The notes beneath the pieces are model-generated. The model had not been told where the DNA came from, did not search any database, and saw nothing but the letters and a program-made list of their open reading frames with translations. DNA of 64,000 bases, taken from assembly GCF_009914755.1 (NCBI RefSeq), contig NC_060945.1; one strand, given 5' to 3'. The stretch comes from the human T2T-CHM13v2.0 reference genome, Homo sapiens. Position 1 is the stretch's first letter; each line of letters starts with the position of its first letter. Shown one piece after another: positions 23,994-37,023 of the stretch. Position numbers and translations under genes: made by a program.

Positions 23994-26900
23994 GGTTTGT
24001 AGCTATAAAGAAATTTGTTGGGTCATTAAATTACTTTCACAATAAAATATTTCATTTGTACTTTCTTAACCAAAGTGCCACCACAAGCTTTCAAAATGTA
24101 AAACATACATTTTAATGCATTAAGTTGTTTAAGAAAAATGTCAAATGACATTTTAGGAAGTATAATAACTGTGCTGAAATTAATTAAACTATCTGATTCA
24201 AAGGTTCATCTTGGCTTGAATAGCAGGAATATCCTGCCTAGCTATTTAGAAATCCATAGGAAGAGTCATTAATTATTGTGCTTTTTTCCCACCTAAATTG
24301 AAATAATTATTTTAAATACTAATTATTTAATGCTTTGCTGGAACTCAGAACTGTAATCAAAATAAGTAGCAATCCACTAAAACGATCTTTTTTACTGATT
24401 ATTTCATCAGAAAATTTCTTTCTAAATTATCAAAATCTGTCTTAAAATCACATCTCTTTAAACCTCAAAGAAGAATCAAAGAAAAAATGTTTATGTATGT
24501 TCTATTCTGCTTTAGAGAAAAGATATGTATGTAGATAATAATTGCTAAGGAAAAACTCTGGAAAAGTCATTATTCATTAGGAACCTGTAGAATCCTTAGC
24601 TTTGCTGTCTATATGTAGCCAATCAAGCAACATAACTCATACTTATTGATGAGAGCTGTTTTCCAAGTATGCCGCTATGATGGAAAGCACAAAAAGCATC
24701 CATCTAGAAACATTTTATCATCAAAAAAGATAGATAGCAATGGGGATTTCTTCTTAGAAAGGTAGAGCAGCCATGCTTGATAAAACTAAATAAAGTGAAG
24801 TTTTAAATCATCATATAAATTCCATCTGCGACTCCATGGACTTCAGAGAACATGTGAATGTTGATTTGTCTGATTATGAGTATTAAAGTGAATTAAAGTA
24901 ACTTTCAAACTAACATCTGTAGAATGCATAAAAAGCATAATTTTCCAAAAAGTTGCTAGTTTTTTCTGCTAGTTGCTGACTAGATCTTTATGAGCTATCG
25001 GAGCAAAATGAATTCTGATTGAACAGGTAAAGAAACGAGGCTGGCAGTACTTTCACTGTATTTTCTCTGTATCTCGTGGGACTACTATTAGTCTGAACTT
25101 TTTTGTGTTCTGTGTCGGCAGACATTCATTTTGTTCCTTAGACCATCTTTTATTTCACTGGAGCATTGTACAGGATTTTTTTTCCAACTTTTTAGTAGCT
25201 AAAGACTATGTGTTTGTGATTATGTCCCAACATTAATGTCTCATTTATCTGAGGTCAATAAATGAACACAAGTACATCCTTTATGATGGTGATGATTTCA
25301 GTGAAGTGAGGCAGATTATTTTCACACTTCCCAAAAGAGAAAATGCTAATCACGATATGCATGAGAAAAGCATTGTGGATCACCCGAAAACATAATGCTA
25401 CTCAAAACATCTAGATTCTACAGCGTTCTTGGCCAGGGTTGAAAGGAACGCAAGGGAAACATTAGCATCTGAATACGTAGAACAATAGAAAGGCTCATCC
25501 GCATACAGTTAAGTGCGTAGTTACAAAACACAAGGACTAAAGTGCTACAATACCTGTGACAACACAAAATCCTCAAGAACATAAAACTAAATTTAATATA
25601 TTACTGCCAACATCATTTAGCTTATTACAGATATTTTCTTTTAAATCATCTTTTGCTTCATTCCATACACCCATGTATTTCATAATATACAGAATACAGA
25701 ATGCATGACAAGAAAGTTTTAAAAACATGCAAGGATTACTATTCTATGTTTTAAGAAAAGTTTTTATTTAGGAATAGTTTTATATTCATAGTCAGACTGC
25801 CGAGATAACAGAGAGTTTCCATACACCCTTGACCTTCTTTCTCCTAATATTAGGTGCTTACGTGACTATAGGAGATGTTTAAATTCCAAGAGATTAACAT
25901 TGGCAACCTACTTTTTACTAAGCTCCAGATTTTATTTGACTTTATCTGTTTTTACACTGTGTGCTTTTTCTTTTTCAGGATTTCATCAAGGGTACCACAT
26001 TACATTTAATATAATGTCTCCTTACTCTCTCTGAACTGTGAAAGTATGTGAAATAGTTCCTTGGCTTTCAAGACCTTGATATCTTTGAAAGGAACTAGTC
26101 ACATATTTTTATGACTGTCCCTCAGTTGGGGAGTGCCTGACGACTTCCTTAGGTTTCATCTTGGCTGAGTGTCCTTCTTAAACCATCACATGATGAGATG
26201 CATCCTGGGATAGAATTTTAATAGATAGGGTAGTGTATGGATGGACAGATAGATAGATACATAGGTAATTATAGATAGGTGGGTATGCACAGATTAGACT
26301 GCAAACATATATTTTCTAGTTTTGTTTGCACCTAGAAACAGTAAGACCTCAATAAATCTTCATTTCTAAATGCTATTCTTCAATAAAAGGAATCATGCCT
26401 CCCTGGAGAAAGGATTGACTGATTACAGCCTCCTTGGAGAAAGAGTACTGTTAAGTGCCCTTCTTATCTCATCACATGATGAGATGCATTCTGTGATAGG
26501 ATTGGGTGCATGATGTCAGCATGACTTACTATTGGTGACGTTAAACTTAACCACTTAGTTGAGATACTGTCTTCAGATGTCTCCTCCATAAAGTTTCTAT
26601 CTTTTTCTCTTTCCATACTCTGAACATAAGCCACTAAGAATATTTCACACTCAGGGTGGAAGAATATAAAACTAAATTTAATATATTGTTGCCAACATTA
26701 TTTAGTTTCAGAGATGTTTTATTTTAAATCTTTTGTTTCCTTCCATACACCCATATATTTTTATAATACACAGAATGCATGTAATATACAGAATACAGAT
26801 CTCACCTAATAGGAGGAGATTTAAGTCTACCTCCTGAAGGGAACAGTATCTACATATGACGTGGGATTCTGTAAGGAAAACTTGTCTCTTCTCCTTTATT

Positions 26901-27217
26901 TATTTTTAAGTAATTTACATTAAGGTATTCTTGTTTATTTTAAGATATTCTTTTTTATTTTACCTTTTGAGTGATAACCTAATAGCACATCATTATTTTG
27001 CTGCTCGAATTGTCCAGGGCTCCTCCAGCTTGGCTCCTGTGTCCCATTGACACGTGGCCTCCTTTTAGGCTTCCTAACACTTCTTTATTGTATTATACTT
27101 CAAGAGGTTCCAGGGTCATCTTGCAGATTTCCTGACCCAGCATTCAAATCAGTTAGTTCTTTCACCAAGGAGGTGTGATTCCTTTATTAGAGAGTAGCAT
27201 TTAGGAGTAAAAATCTA

Positions 27218-27536
<319 letters not shown>

Positions 27537-27723
27537 TTACTGCTTCTAGAAGCAAACAGAACTAGAAAGTATGTTTATAGCCTAACCCATGTATATCCAC
27601 ATATATGTAATTTTCTATCATCTATTTCCTTAATCTATCCATCTACCTATCTATTAAACAGAAGTTCATACCAATGTCTCCGACTCCAGTCCAATATCCC
27701 AAGTTTCATTCTAGCTTCCCTGA

Positions 27724-28092
<369 letters not shown>

Positions 28093-30148
28093 TACTTACT
28101 TATTTTTTAATCCTAGTACAGAGGTAAAGTTTTTCCAGTATTCTTAACCCATACCCTTCTGAGAAACAAATTCACAGAGTACAGTATTTATATACAACTA
28201 TTTTATTACATTTTCCAGTCAAAATACTCCTATCCAAAGTTACTTAAGTCAGACTCTTTTTTGCGCAACCCCTTAGTGAGATTATATCAGGCACTTATAT
28301 CACAGATTCATTTATTACAGCCTACGTTCTATCCAGAAATCCTCTAACATACTGGTTTTTAAAATTTGTATATATTAAAGCTTTACAGTATATGATATAG
28401 AGTATTTTAGGTTTTGAAAAGCCCATGAAGTATCTGCTGTACAAATGCCATACAGAGCACATCCTCCTTTTACTGACAACAATCTACAAATTACATTTTA
28501 CTTCCATCTGGAATTCTGTGTTCTGAACGGTTCTCTTTGTCAGGTAGGTATATGTTTTCCCTTTAAGATTCAGCATAGCCATTGCCATTTTGTTGAGAAT
28601 ACCTGATTCAGGAACCTTTAGAATCTCCTCCCTCAAGGCTCCATATCAGCTGCCTGTATTCTGAGTTGATGCTTTCACGTTTTCCTTTTGATCTCTGCAC
28701 AACAATGCTGAGGGTAGAACCTAGAGGAATCACACAGCTGGTGCCCTTTCACGCTACTGACACTGGTAACAGTTTGTTCACCAGATTCTCTAATAATAAG
28801 GCAAAAACCGTGTCCACATGACAGGTTTCCTCTGGTTTTGCCTTCCTTTGTCACGTGATACGCTTGTATCCTTCTTTAATGATATTGCTTAATCCTGCTC
28901 CTTCTCCCAGTTCCAGGCCAGCGCTTCTACTGTATCATTAAATGTTGACATTCACAGTTATTGTGCCCTTAGTCTTCAGAAAACATAATCACCTGAGCCT
29001 TCTCAGCTCTGCTTAAAATAACCATTCCAAGAGAAAATTAATAACCAATAAAATATGACTTTATTCAAAACTTAGTGACTTGTATATTTTCAGAATTAAG
29101 TACCTACAGGGAAACTCTATAGCACAAATACACTAAGCTCATCATTAGCTAAGAAGAATTTCCCCTAAATTGGCTCATTCTGCTATATTTACCATACTGA
29201 TCAATGGAAATGTTTATTATTATTATTATTCTCCTAAGTCAGAAAACTGGGCAGTAAGTTTTAAAGCAAGTACAAATTTTCAGTAATTTTCTGTTCAATG
29301 ATACCTCAGTATAGTCCACTCTCTCTAACATGCTTTCACCAATAATCATTTAATACCATTGCAATTGTTAACATATTGATTATATCAACAATTTATAGTC
29401 ATTTATCCACCAGTATTCATACTTAGTACCCTGCCCAGAATAAATTGCATAGATGATGATAGTTTCTCTCTTGCAGCCACCCTGATTTCCTTTGCCTGTT
29501 GTTGCATTGGTTTACTCCTTTGGAAGAGGAAGAAACAAACTGGATAAATCAAACACAAAATCACGATAACTGGTTCATTTCCCCTTAATTCCAAAAGAAC
29601 TTATTTAAATGCTGCTGTTAGCTTTAAAATTCATTCTCCTGAAAGCATATCCTGACTAATAGTTTTCCCAATTAATTTTTCAAATGCTATTTAAGTATAT
29701 AATTCAAAGAACAACTCATTGTGAAAAAAATTATTTTTTATAGTTCATAATTCTAATGATATTAAAAATCTTTATATAAATATAATATTTAGCTTATAAC
29801 TTGTTTCTGACCAGTACTAGTCCAGTATTACCTTAGAATAACAGATTATCATATTTTTTACACTTTTTATTGAAACTCTTTTTCACTGTGGAGAAATTAT
29901 CTAGTATTATACAAGTTTAATAAAGATGGAGTCCTTTCTCATAATTTAAAAGATTATAAACATTGATTTATTTTATGTGTGTGTTTGTGTATTTGGTGGC
30001 AGGGTATGCACTCGTTTTGTTGTTAGGAATTTTTTTAACTGTTCATTTAGATTACTCTTGAAAATGGAGATATGATATAGGGATAGTCATAATTTAAAGT
30101 TTTTAAAATTATTTTAAAGTTTATGAACATTAGGTGTTTAATTATGAA

Positions 30149-30660
30149 TTTTTTATTATATTTTAAGTTCTGGGGTACATGTGCAGAATGTGCAGGTTGG
30201 TTACATAGGTATACACGTGCCATGGTGGTTTGCTGCACCCACCAACCCGTCATCTACATTAGGTATTTCTCTTAATACTACCCCTCCCCTAGCCCCCCGA
30301 CCCCCAACAGGCCCCCATGTGTGATGTTCCCCTCCCTGTGTCCATGTGTTCTCATTGTTCAACTCCCACCTACAATTGAGAAATTGCGGTGTTCAGTTTT
30401 CTGTTCCTGTGCTACTTTGCTGAGAATGATGGTTTCCAGCTTCATCCATGTCCCTGCAAAGGAGATGAACTTATCCCTTTTTATGGCTGCATAGTATTCC
30501 ATGGTGTATATGTGCCACATTTTCTTTATCCAGTCTATCATTAATGGGCTTTTGGGTTGGTTCCAAGTCTTTGCTATTGTGAACAGTGCTGCAATCCCAT
30601 TACTGGGTATATACCCAAAGAATTATAAATCATTCTACCAGAAAGACGCATGCACACGTA
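30149..30660 (-). mobile_element. L1PA 3' fragment with 5' inversion (twin priming)
   Basis: 30149-30595 is antisense L1PA 3' end; 30591-30660 is the adjoining L1 segment in sense orientation; TSD ta(t/g)gaattttt. Confidence 0.9.
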
Positions 30661-30984
30661 GGAATTTTTAATTCATTTCATTAGTTTTTTTTTAACCTTA
30701 TTGATCCATTTATTATTATTTACAAAAGTATCCATCTGTGGAGGGGTTTAATGACTTGAAATTGGAGCATGGTGCAGTAGTTTTACAGACTAAGGATTGT
30801 ATATCTAGAGAGAATTTCCATAAAAAATTCAGAGAAAGGAGAAACACTTACATATACACCAGAGAAGGCATGTAGAGAATTTTGGAACCTTCCAGCAGAA
30901 TGAGTCAAGGACTTACCAACGCCAGGCAGTTACATTGTAACTCAAGGGGAAAAAGGAAGTGTGTGCCCTGAAAGGCACGTTTCT

Positions 30985-31310
30985 TTATTTTTAATATAAT
31001 TCACTCTTTAAAACAGCTTTATGCTTACAGAAAAATTGAAGAGATGGTACAGAAGGTTCCCATTACCCCACATCCAGTTTCCCCTATTATTCATATTTTA
31101 TATTAATATGGCATATTTGTTATAATTAATAAACCGATATTGATACATTATTATTAAGCTCATAATTTATTTATATTTCCTTTGTTTTTAGTGACTGTCC
31201 CTTTTTTGTTCCAGAATCCCATCTAGGATATCATATCACATTGAGATGTCAAGTTTCCTTTGGCTGTTCTTGGCTGTGGCAGTTTCTCAGACTTCTGTAG
31301 TTTTTGGTGA
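30985..31310 (-). mobile_element. L1MC/L1MB 3' end
   Basis: 'ttacagaaaaattgaagagatggtacagaaggttcccat', 'ctgtggcagtttctcagact'. Confidence 0.8.
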
Positions 31311-31904
31311 GTAACAGTTTTCCCAATTAATTTTTCAAATGCTATTTATGTACATACTTCAAAGAAAAACCCATTGTGAAAAAATTATCTTTATAATTCA
31401 TAATTCTAATGATATTAAAAATCTTTATATAAAAATTCAGCCCATTTACTTGTCAAGGGGCTTCAGAGGGATAATTAGACATAAACCTGTGGCAATTAGA
31501 TGGTTCCATAGAGCAATACAATTTTATACCTTCTTCTACATGGTCTTAGGCAATATGAAGCAATGTAATAATTTGTGCCTAATGAGCCCTTTATTTATTG
31601 TGCATTTCTGTTCCAATTTTTTTATAAAATTACAATGTTGACTTTCCAAATATATTTTCTTTCAATATATGTATGTATTTTTTATTTCTTTCTTTCGAAA
31701 TCAACGAATATTTTGAGATATGAAGAGTCTTGGAGATCAAAATTCTACTTGCCTTTCCTTCACACCATTTTCCCATAAGGGACAGTTTAACATTTTTGAT
31801 GTTTTGTTTTTAAAAAACTGTAGGATATAGCAGTTAGGAGAAAATATACAATGTTGTGGAATTATTTCTTTCTACCATGAAAATCGCTGTCAGGATGACA
31901 CATA

Positions 31905-32230
31905 GAACTCATTTGTCCATCAGCAAGCACAAATACATTCACTGCCTGGTATGTGCCAGCAGAGTAAATACATGAAATGAAAATATAAATAGATATGGCC
32001 TCCTTCCAGGGAACACCGCTGTTCTATGATTCACTCCTATGCATTCCAGCCACAAATAATTATTTAGCACCTACTCTATGCTAAACTCTCTGACAGGCCT
32101 TAAATATTTAAAGACTTACTGTCCTCAGGGAGCTTGCAACTGGTAGGAAGGACAGAAACTATTTCAAATTTTTATATGTCCTATGCAAAAATTTGTATTG
32201 GTCGCTATAGGTATATTGTGGGGGTAGAGG
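31905..32230 (-). mobile_element. L2 fragments
   Basis: 'tatttagcacctactctatgc', 'tgtcctcagggagcttgca'. Confidence 0.55.
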
Positions 32231-33535
32231 GACTAAATCTGCTCCATAAGACGTGTTTACTCTGCATTCACACCTAGAACTCTAACAATACTAAAAAAAG
32301 ACCATTCCCTTTAAATGCACCCATACATTAAATCTACCTGCCCTTTATGGTTTTGTGCCAGAACTTTTCTGGGAATAAAAATTAAAGTTGTGTGCTTGAA
32401 TTTTGGCCAAGGTGTGATTTTGTGATGCAGATGGCACACTAGTGCAGTAGCCTGGTGTTTATCCTATTGCCATCCAGAAAAATGAGCACAGAAAGAGTAC
32501 ATGAAATCTGATTAGCAAGTCTTCTTTTTATAAGCAGATGTTGTGCCTCATATAAATTATTCTTTTAGATTTTGTAACATATGCCAAAGTATTTATCACA
32601 GATTAACTGCATGAACTTGCCTGCTATTCTCAAACTTTCTGAGTGTGAAAATGAGTGGATGCGTCTTTCACAGTTCTGATCAAAAGATATATAAGAATGA
32701 ATAATTGTAATTCAGACAAGAAAAGTACATTTTGAAAGCTAGTAAAAGATTATATGCAAAAATGAAGCATTTCCTACTTGTTCTGTTATTCTTTTCCTTA
32801 TTGAAAAGCAATTGATGCTGAAAAGTTCTATTTCGAATTATTATACTTCATATTACCAATGCACCTTAACACTAAACGTTTTAAAAGATTTGCTCAAAAT
32901 ATTTCTGTATGTTCTTCTCTTGCTTCGGATTGTCTCACATCTTTCATAAATGAGGTTCTTATTTCCAGATATTTTCTAAAACACTGTGTTTGAAATCATT
33001 ATTTTGTATTGTTGCTTTGTTGAAAATTGTCCATTATGTGATTCCAAATCCAAGAAGGAATTTACTCAGCACCAGATAATTTGAAACATAATAGTAAAAA
33101 AGGGGTTTTAAAAAATAAATTTCTATAATTTCAGTGTTTTGTGTCTCATTTTAAGACATATGGGATTGTGCGTAAGAAAAATAAACTTCCTAGGTCATAA
33201 TTAATATTTTTCCCTCAGTATTATTGATATCAAATTCTTATCTTAAATTTGGTACTTTCAGAATATAAGCACTAAGAGATCCATACAATTTAAAAGAGGA
33301 GGTGGCTATTAACACAAATATTACTTGTTTTGTTGATGTGACTTTTAAGATAACTTCTAATGTTTTGGCTCTGCCAGAACAGACTAATACAAGGAGAAAA
33401 AATATTTTATATTTTCTCATTAATTTATTCTGTAGAGATTCTCTTTATTTTTAAAGAAAGTCAAATGCGAAAAAAATCGATGCCAGAATTATATTGCGTT
33501 CATATAAACCCTGGATCGAGCCTGGTGAGGTTATA

Positions 33536-33549
33536 GTTACCATGGTAAC
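33536..33549. promoter_or_regulatory. Candidate RFX X-box
   Basis: Perfect palindrome GTTACCATGGTAAC in non-repeat sequence. Confidence 0.55.
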
Positions 33550-34489
33550 AGAAGTCGGCTCTTTAAACAGTTTCTATCCTAACTGCTCTTCTACTTATAC
33601 TGAGCGATTTCTTCAAATATAGGACTCATGGGGGTGTAGTTATGAGAAATTTCATTCCCCATAAGGATACATGTCCATATAATTTGTAAGGAGTAACTCT
33701 GGCACACGGAGGTTAATTAGATATAAATGTTACCAACATAACTTTTAAAAGCACTGTATTCCCCCGGTACATAGGCAAGTGTAAAGAAATGTAAAATGAA
33801 GTATCCCAAAAAGGGAACTCAGATGACACCGGAACTAATATAAGTATATTTCATATTTATGAATAAATATGGAAATATCTTTCAGAAAGTGTGAGGATAA
33901 GAAAATTTATTTTATATGTTGAACTTCTGCAGGTTGAAATGGGTGCATTACTTTTAGTAAATTGCTTCAAAGAGACATAGCAGTGATTTTTCTTTTACAA
34001 TGTTTAGACACATTGAACTAAATAAGGTTTAAATCTGTATCTACACAGACACATACACACACATATATAATTAAAGTGATAATTCTTCACACAACATGTT
34101 CATTGTCCGCCCCCCAAATTTTTAAAATATTGACAGACTAACTATATTACAACTTTACATTTTGATATTTTTATTTTGTTTTTTCTATAATTTCAAGAAA
34201 ATCTTGGTTTCAGCTATCTCTTTCCATTTATACATAATGATGCTGCTGTTAAGCCACCTTGCTATGGCTATTTTCCACTCCTAGTTTTACTTGACCAGTT
34301 GGTTAAACATAAAACTTTCCTATAAAAAAGACAATGGATCTTGAATCATAAATCTCTTACTACCTACGTGAGTTGAGACACTCAAACTTTCTGATGTTTA
34401 ATTTCTTAAGCTCCGGCACTGTGACTATAATCATTGCTAACCCTTTTGTTTTATTTTTAATATATGTCAACTAAAAATAAATACGTCAG

Positions 34490-34901
34490 ATGTATTATTG
34501 ATCAGTTTCGGCTGCCATAGCAAAATACCACAGACTGAATGACTTAAACAACAGAAATGTATTTCTTCGCAGTTTTGGAGGCTGGAAGTCTAATGTCAAT
34601 CACAAGGTGCCAGCTGAGTTGGGGTCTGATGAGGCCTGTCTTTCGGGCTTATAGATGGCTGCCTTCTTGCTCTGTGCTCCCATGCCTGTTTTTCTGTGCA
34701 TGTGTGATGAGAGAGAGAGAGATCTCTGCTATGCCTTCCTCTTCTTCTAAGGATACTTGTTTTATAAGATGAAGATCTTACTCTATAACCCTATGTAACT
34801 TTTATTATCTCCTTATAGGTTTATCTCAAAATATAGTCATATTACAGTTTAGGGATGGAGCACACAAAATTTGGAGGGACAAAATTCAGTTCATACCAAC
34901 A
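34490..34901 (-). mobile_element. Solo MLT1 (B-like) LTR
   Basis: 'gctgccatagcaaaataccacagactg...aaacaacagaaat...ggaggctggaagtc'. Confidence 0.85.
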
Positions 34902-35661
34902 GAGTTTTGCAAACTATAAATTACAGAATATATATAGATGACAGTATTTCTGTTTTTCACTTATTATAGGAATATCCTCCTTAGAAAATTACTGAAACTA
35001 ACTACACTATAAAATGTAATACACTATATACACAACTTTGTTTTTAATATATATTCTGATCAACTAAATAGACTAGATCTGTTTCAACAAAGAAAAATAG
35101 AAACAGGTTTCTTTAAATGTCTCTGGCAATAGTGCTGCTTTATCATTTTAGAAGGATGGTATTTCTCAGTTAATTTTTCCCTTAATTATTAGCTGAGTTA
35201 TACTCAGTAATTACAATGAGTTATATCATCAGTAGTTCCTGTCTCTTCTGGCTTAAGTGACACTCATGTTTCACATTCAATGCATAGTGTGGATTCACAG
35301 TCATCATCCTTTTTTTTTTCTTTTACTGAGTTGTGTTACACAGTAGCTCATGAAACAGAAAGTAATTTGTTTTTAAGTATAGCTAGGGAAGATATGTGTC
35401 ATAGGGTATAAGGGAGCAAAAACAAATTGCTACGCGGTCTCTGCTTTGGGGCTAACACTCTCCATCCTGCATCACTGGAGTAAAAAGAATGGTTGCCAAG
35501 GCATCAAAGTCTGGAAGGTTTCCATGATAATCCTTCCTCACAGAGGTAAACTTGTCATTTAGAGACACATTTTAAATGGGATGTAGAATTCTACACTAGA
35601 TAAAAACCAGTTTTAGGTATAAGACTTCTATTTTTTGTCACCCGTCTCTATAAATATTTTC

Positions 35662-35760
35662 GAAAGAAAGAAAGAAAAGAAGGAAAGAAAGAAAGAAAGG
35701 GAGGAAAGAAAGAAAGAAAGGAAGGAAGAAAGGAAGAAAGAAAGAAAGAAAGAAAGAAAG

Positions 35761-35799
<39 letters not shown>

Positions 35800-35801
35800 A
35801 A
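35662..35801. repeat. (GAAA)n complex microsatellite
   Basis: About 140-bp purine tract. Confidence 0.97.
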
Positions 35802-36405
35802 ACCCAACCATGTATTTGTGTAGAAATATCAACTCGGTGGAGTGACACTGTTTTAAATACCTGTGACCTTGAGAAAATGCCTTTCTTACCCTTGAGAAGT
35901 CAATCTAAGGAGGATGCAGCAATTGGCATGACATGAGTAACCTGCCACATGACAGAAACTTGATGACGATAAATGACTATGGAAAAAATTAATTTGAGGA
36001 GTAATGAATCATCAAAAACTTTACATCGGAAGGCAAAGACCGTATCCTTGTAAGTCCTTTGGAAAGTTATGAGTACAAGTTACAAGTATAAGTGAACCTT
36101 TTGGTATGAAATGAATAAAAAGACATAAATGAATGAATAAATAAAAGCATGCAAGATAGAGTTTATCTTGTTTTGTCATATCATTAATGTCTTTCTAGTC
36201 AATGTTTTAATTAAGAAGGAATAAATTATCATAGAACAAACCACATCATTTTTCTTTTCTAATTTTTTTCCATTTCATCTTTTTTTTAATTTTTTATAAG
36301 TAAGCTTTAGTATGTATGAACTTGATTTCACATACAAACTTAGAACGGCAATTTCACTTAAAATTAACTCATTAAAAAGTATAACTACCACAGTATGGAT
36401 ATGTA

Positions 36406-36691
36406 TCACTGGGCCAGGGGATGCTCAGATGTTTTGTTAAACATTATTTCTGGGTGGTCTGTGAGGGGGTTTGCAGAAGAAATCAGCATTTAAATTGGTG
36501 CGCTCAATAAAGTAAATGGTCCTTCCCAATGTAGGTAGACATCATTCAATCTATTGATAGTCTGAAATAGAAGAAGACGATGGAGAAAGGTTGAATTCTC
36601 CCTCTCTGCATGACAGTATGAGCTGGAAAACTGATCTTTCCCTGCCCTTGGAGCTCCTGGTTCTCAGACCTTCAGACTGGAACTGTCACAG
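36406..36691 (+). repeat. Near-identical local copy of 38794-39081 (MLT2D 5' part plus 8 nt of MER52)
   Basis: Only about 3 substitutions and one 2-bp indel over 286 bp by manual alignment. Confidence 0.95.
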
Positions 36692-36912
36692 TTCCCAAAC
36701 TCCAAACTCCAAAAGGTAGTGAAACTGGTGACAAATATTGCTATTCATCTTTTGATGGATTATAACAACAGCATTTATGAAACTGGTTCCCAGACAAGTA
36801 TATACCACTCGCTCCTGTGCCTTAGGGAAAAGAGATGTCATAACAAAGGCATTATTGATGCAGTAATTCATGGACAGTTTTTTTCTCATTAACACTGCTA
36901 AAATTACGTTCA

Positions 36913-37023
<111 letters not shown>

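Noticed and set aside
28810-28860. E-box pair (CACATGAC, GTCACGTGAT)
   Set aside because: Short motifs expected by chance in 64 kb, with no supporting context.
35635-35848. K/E/R-rich and F/L/S-rich ORFs
   Set aside because: Translations of the (GAAA)n microsatellite.
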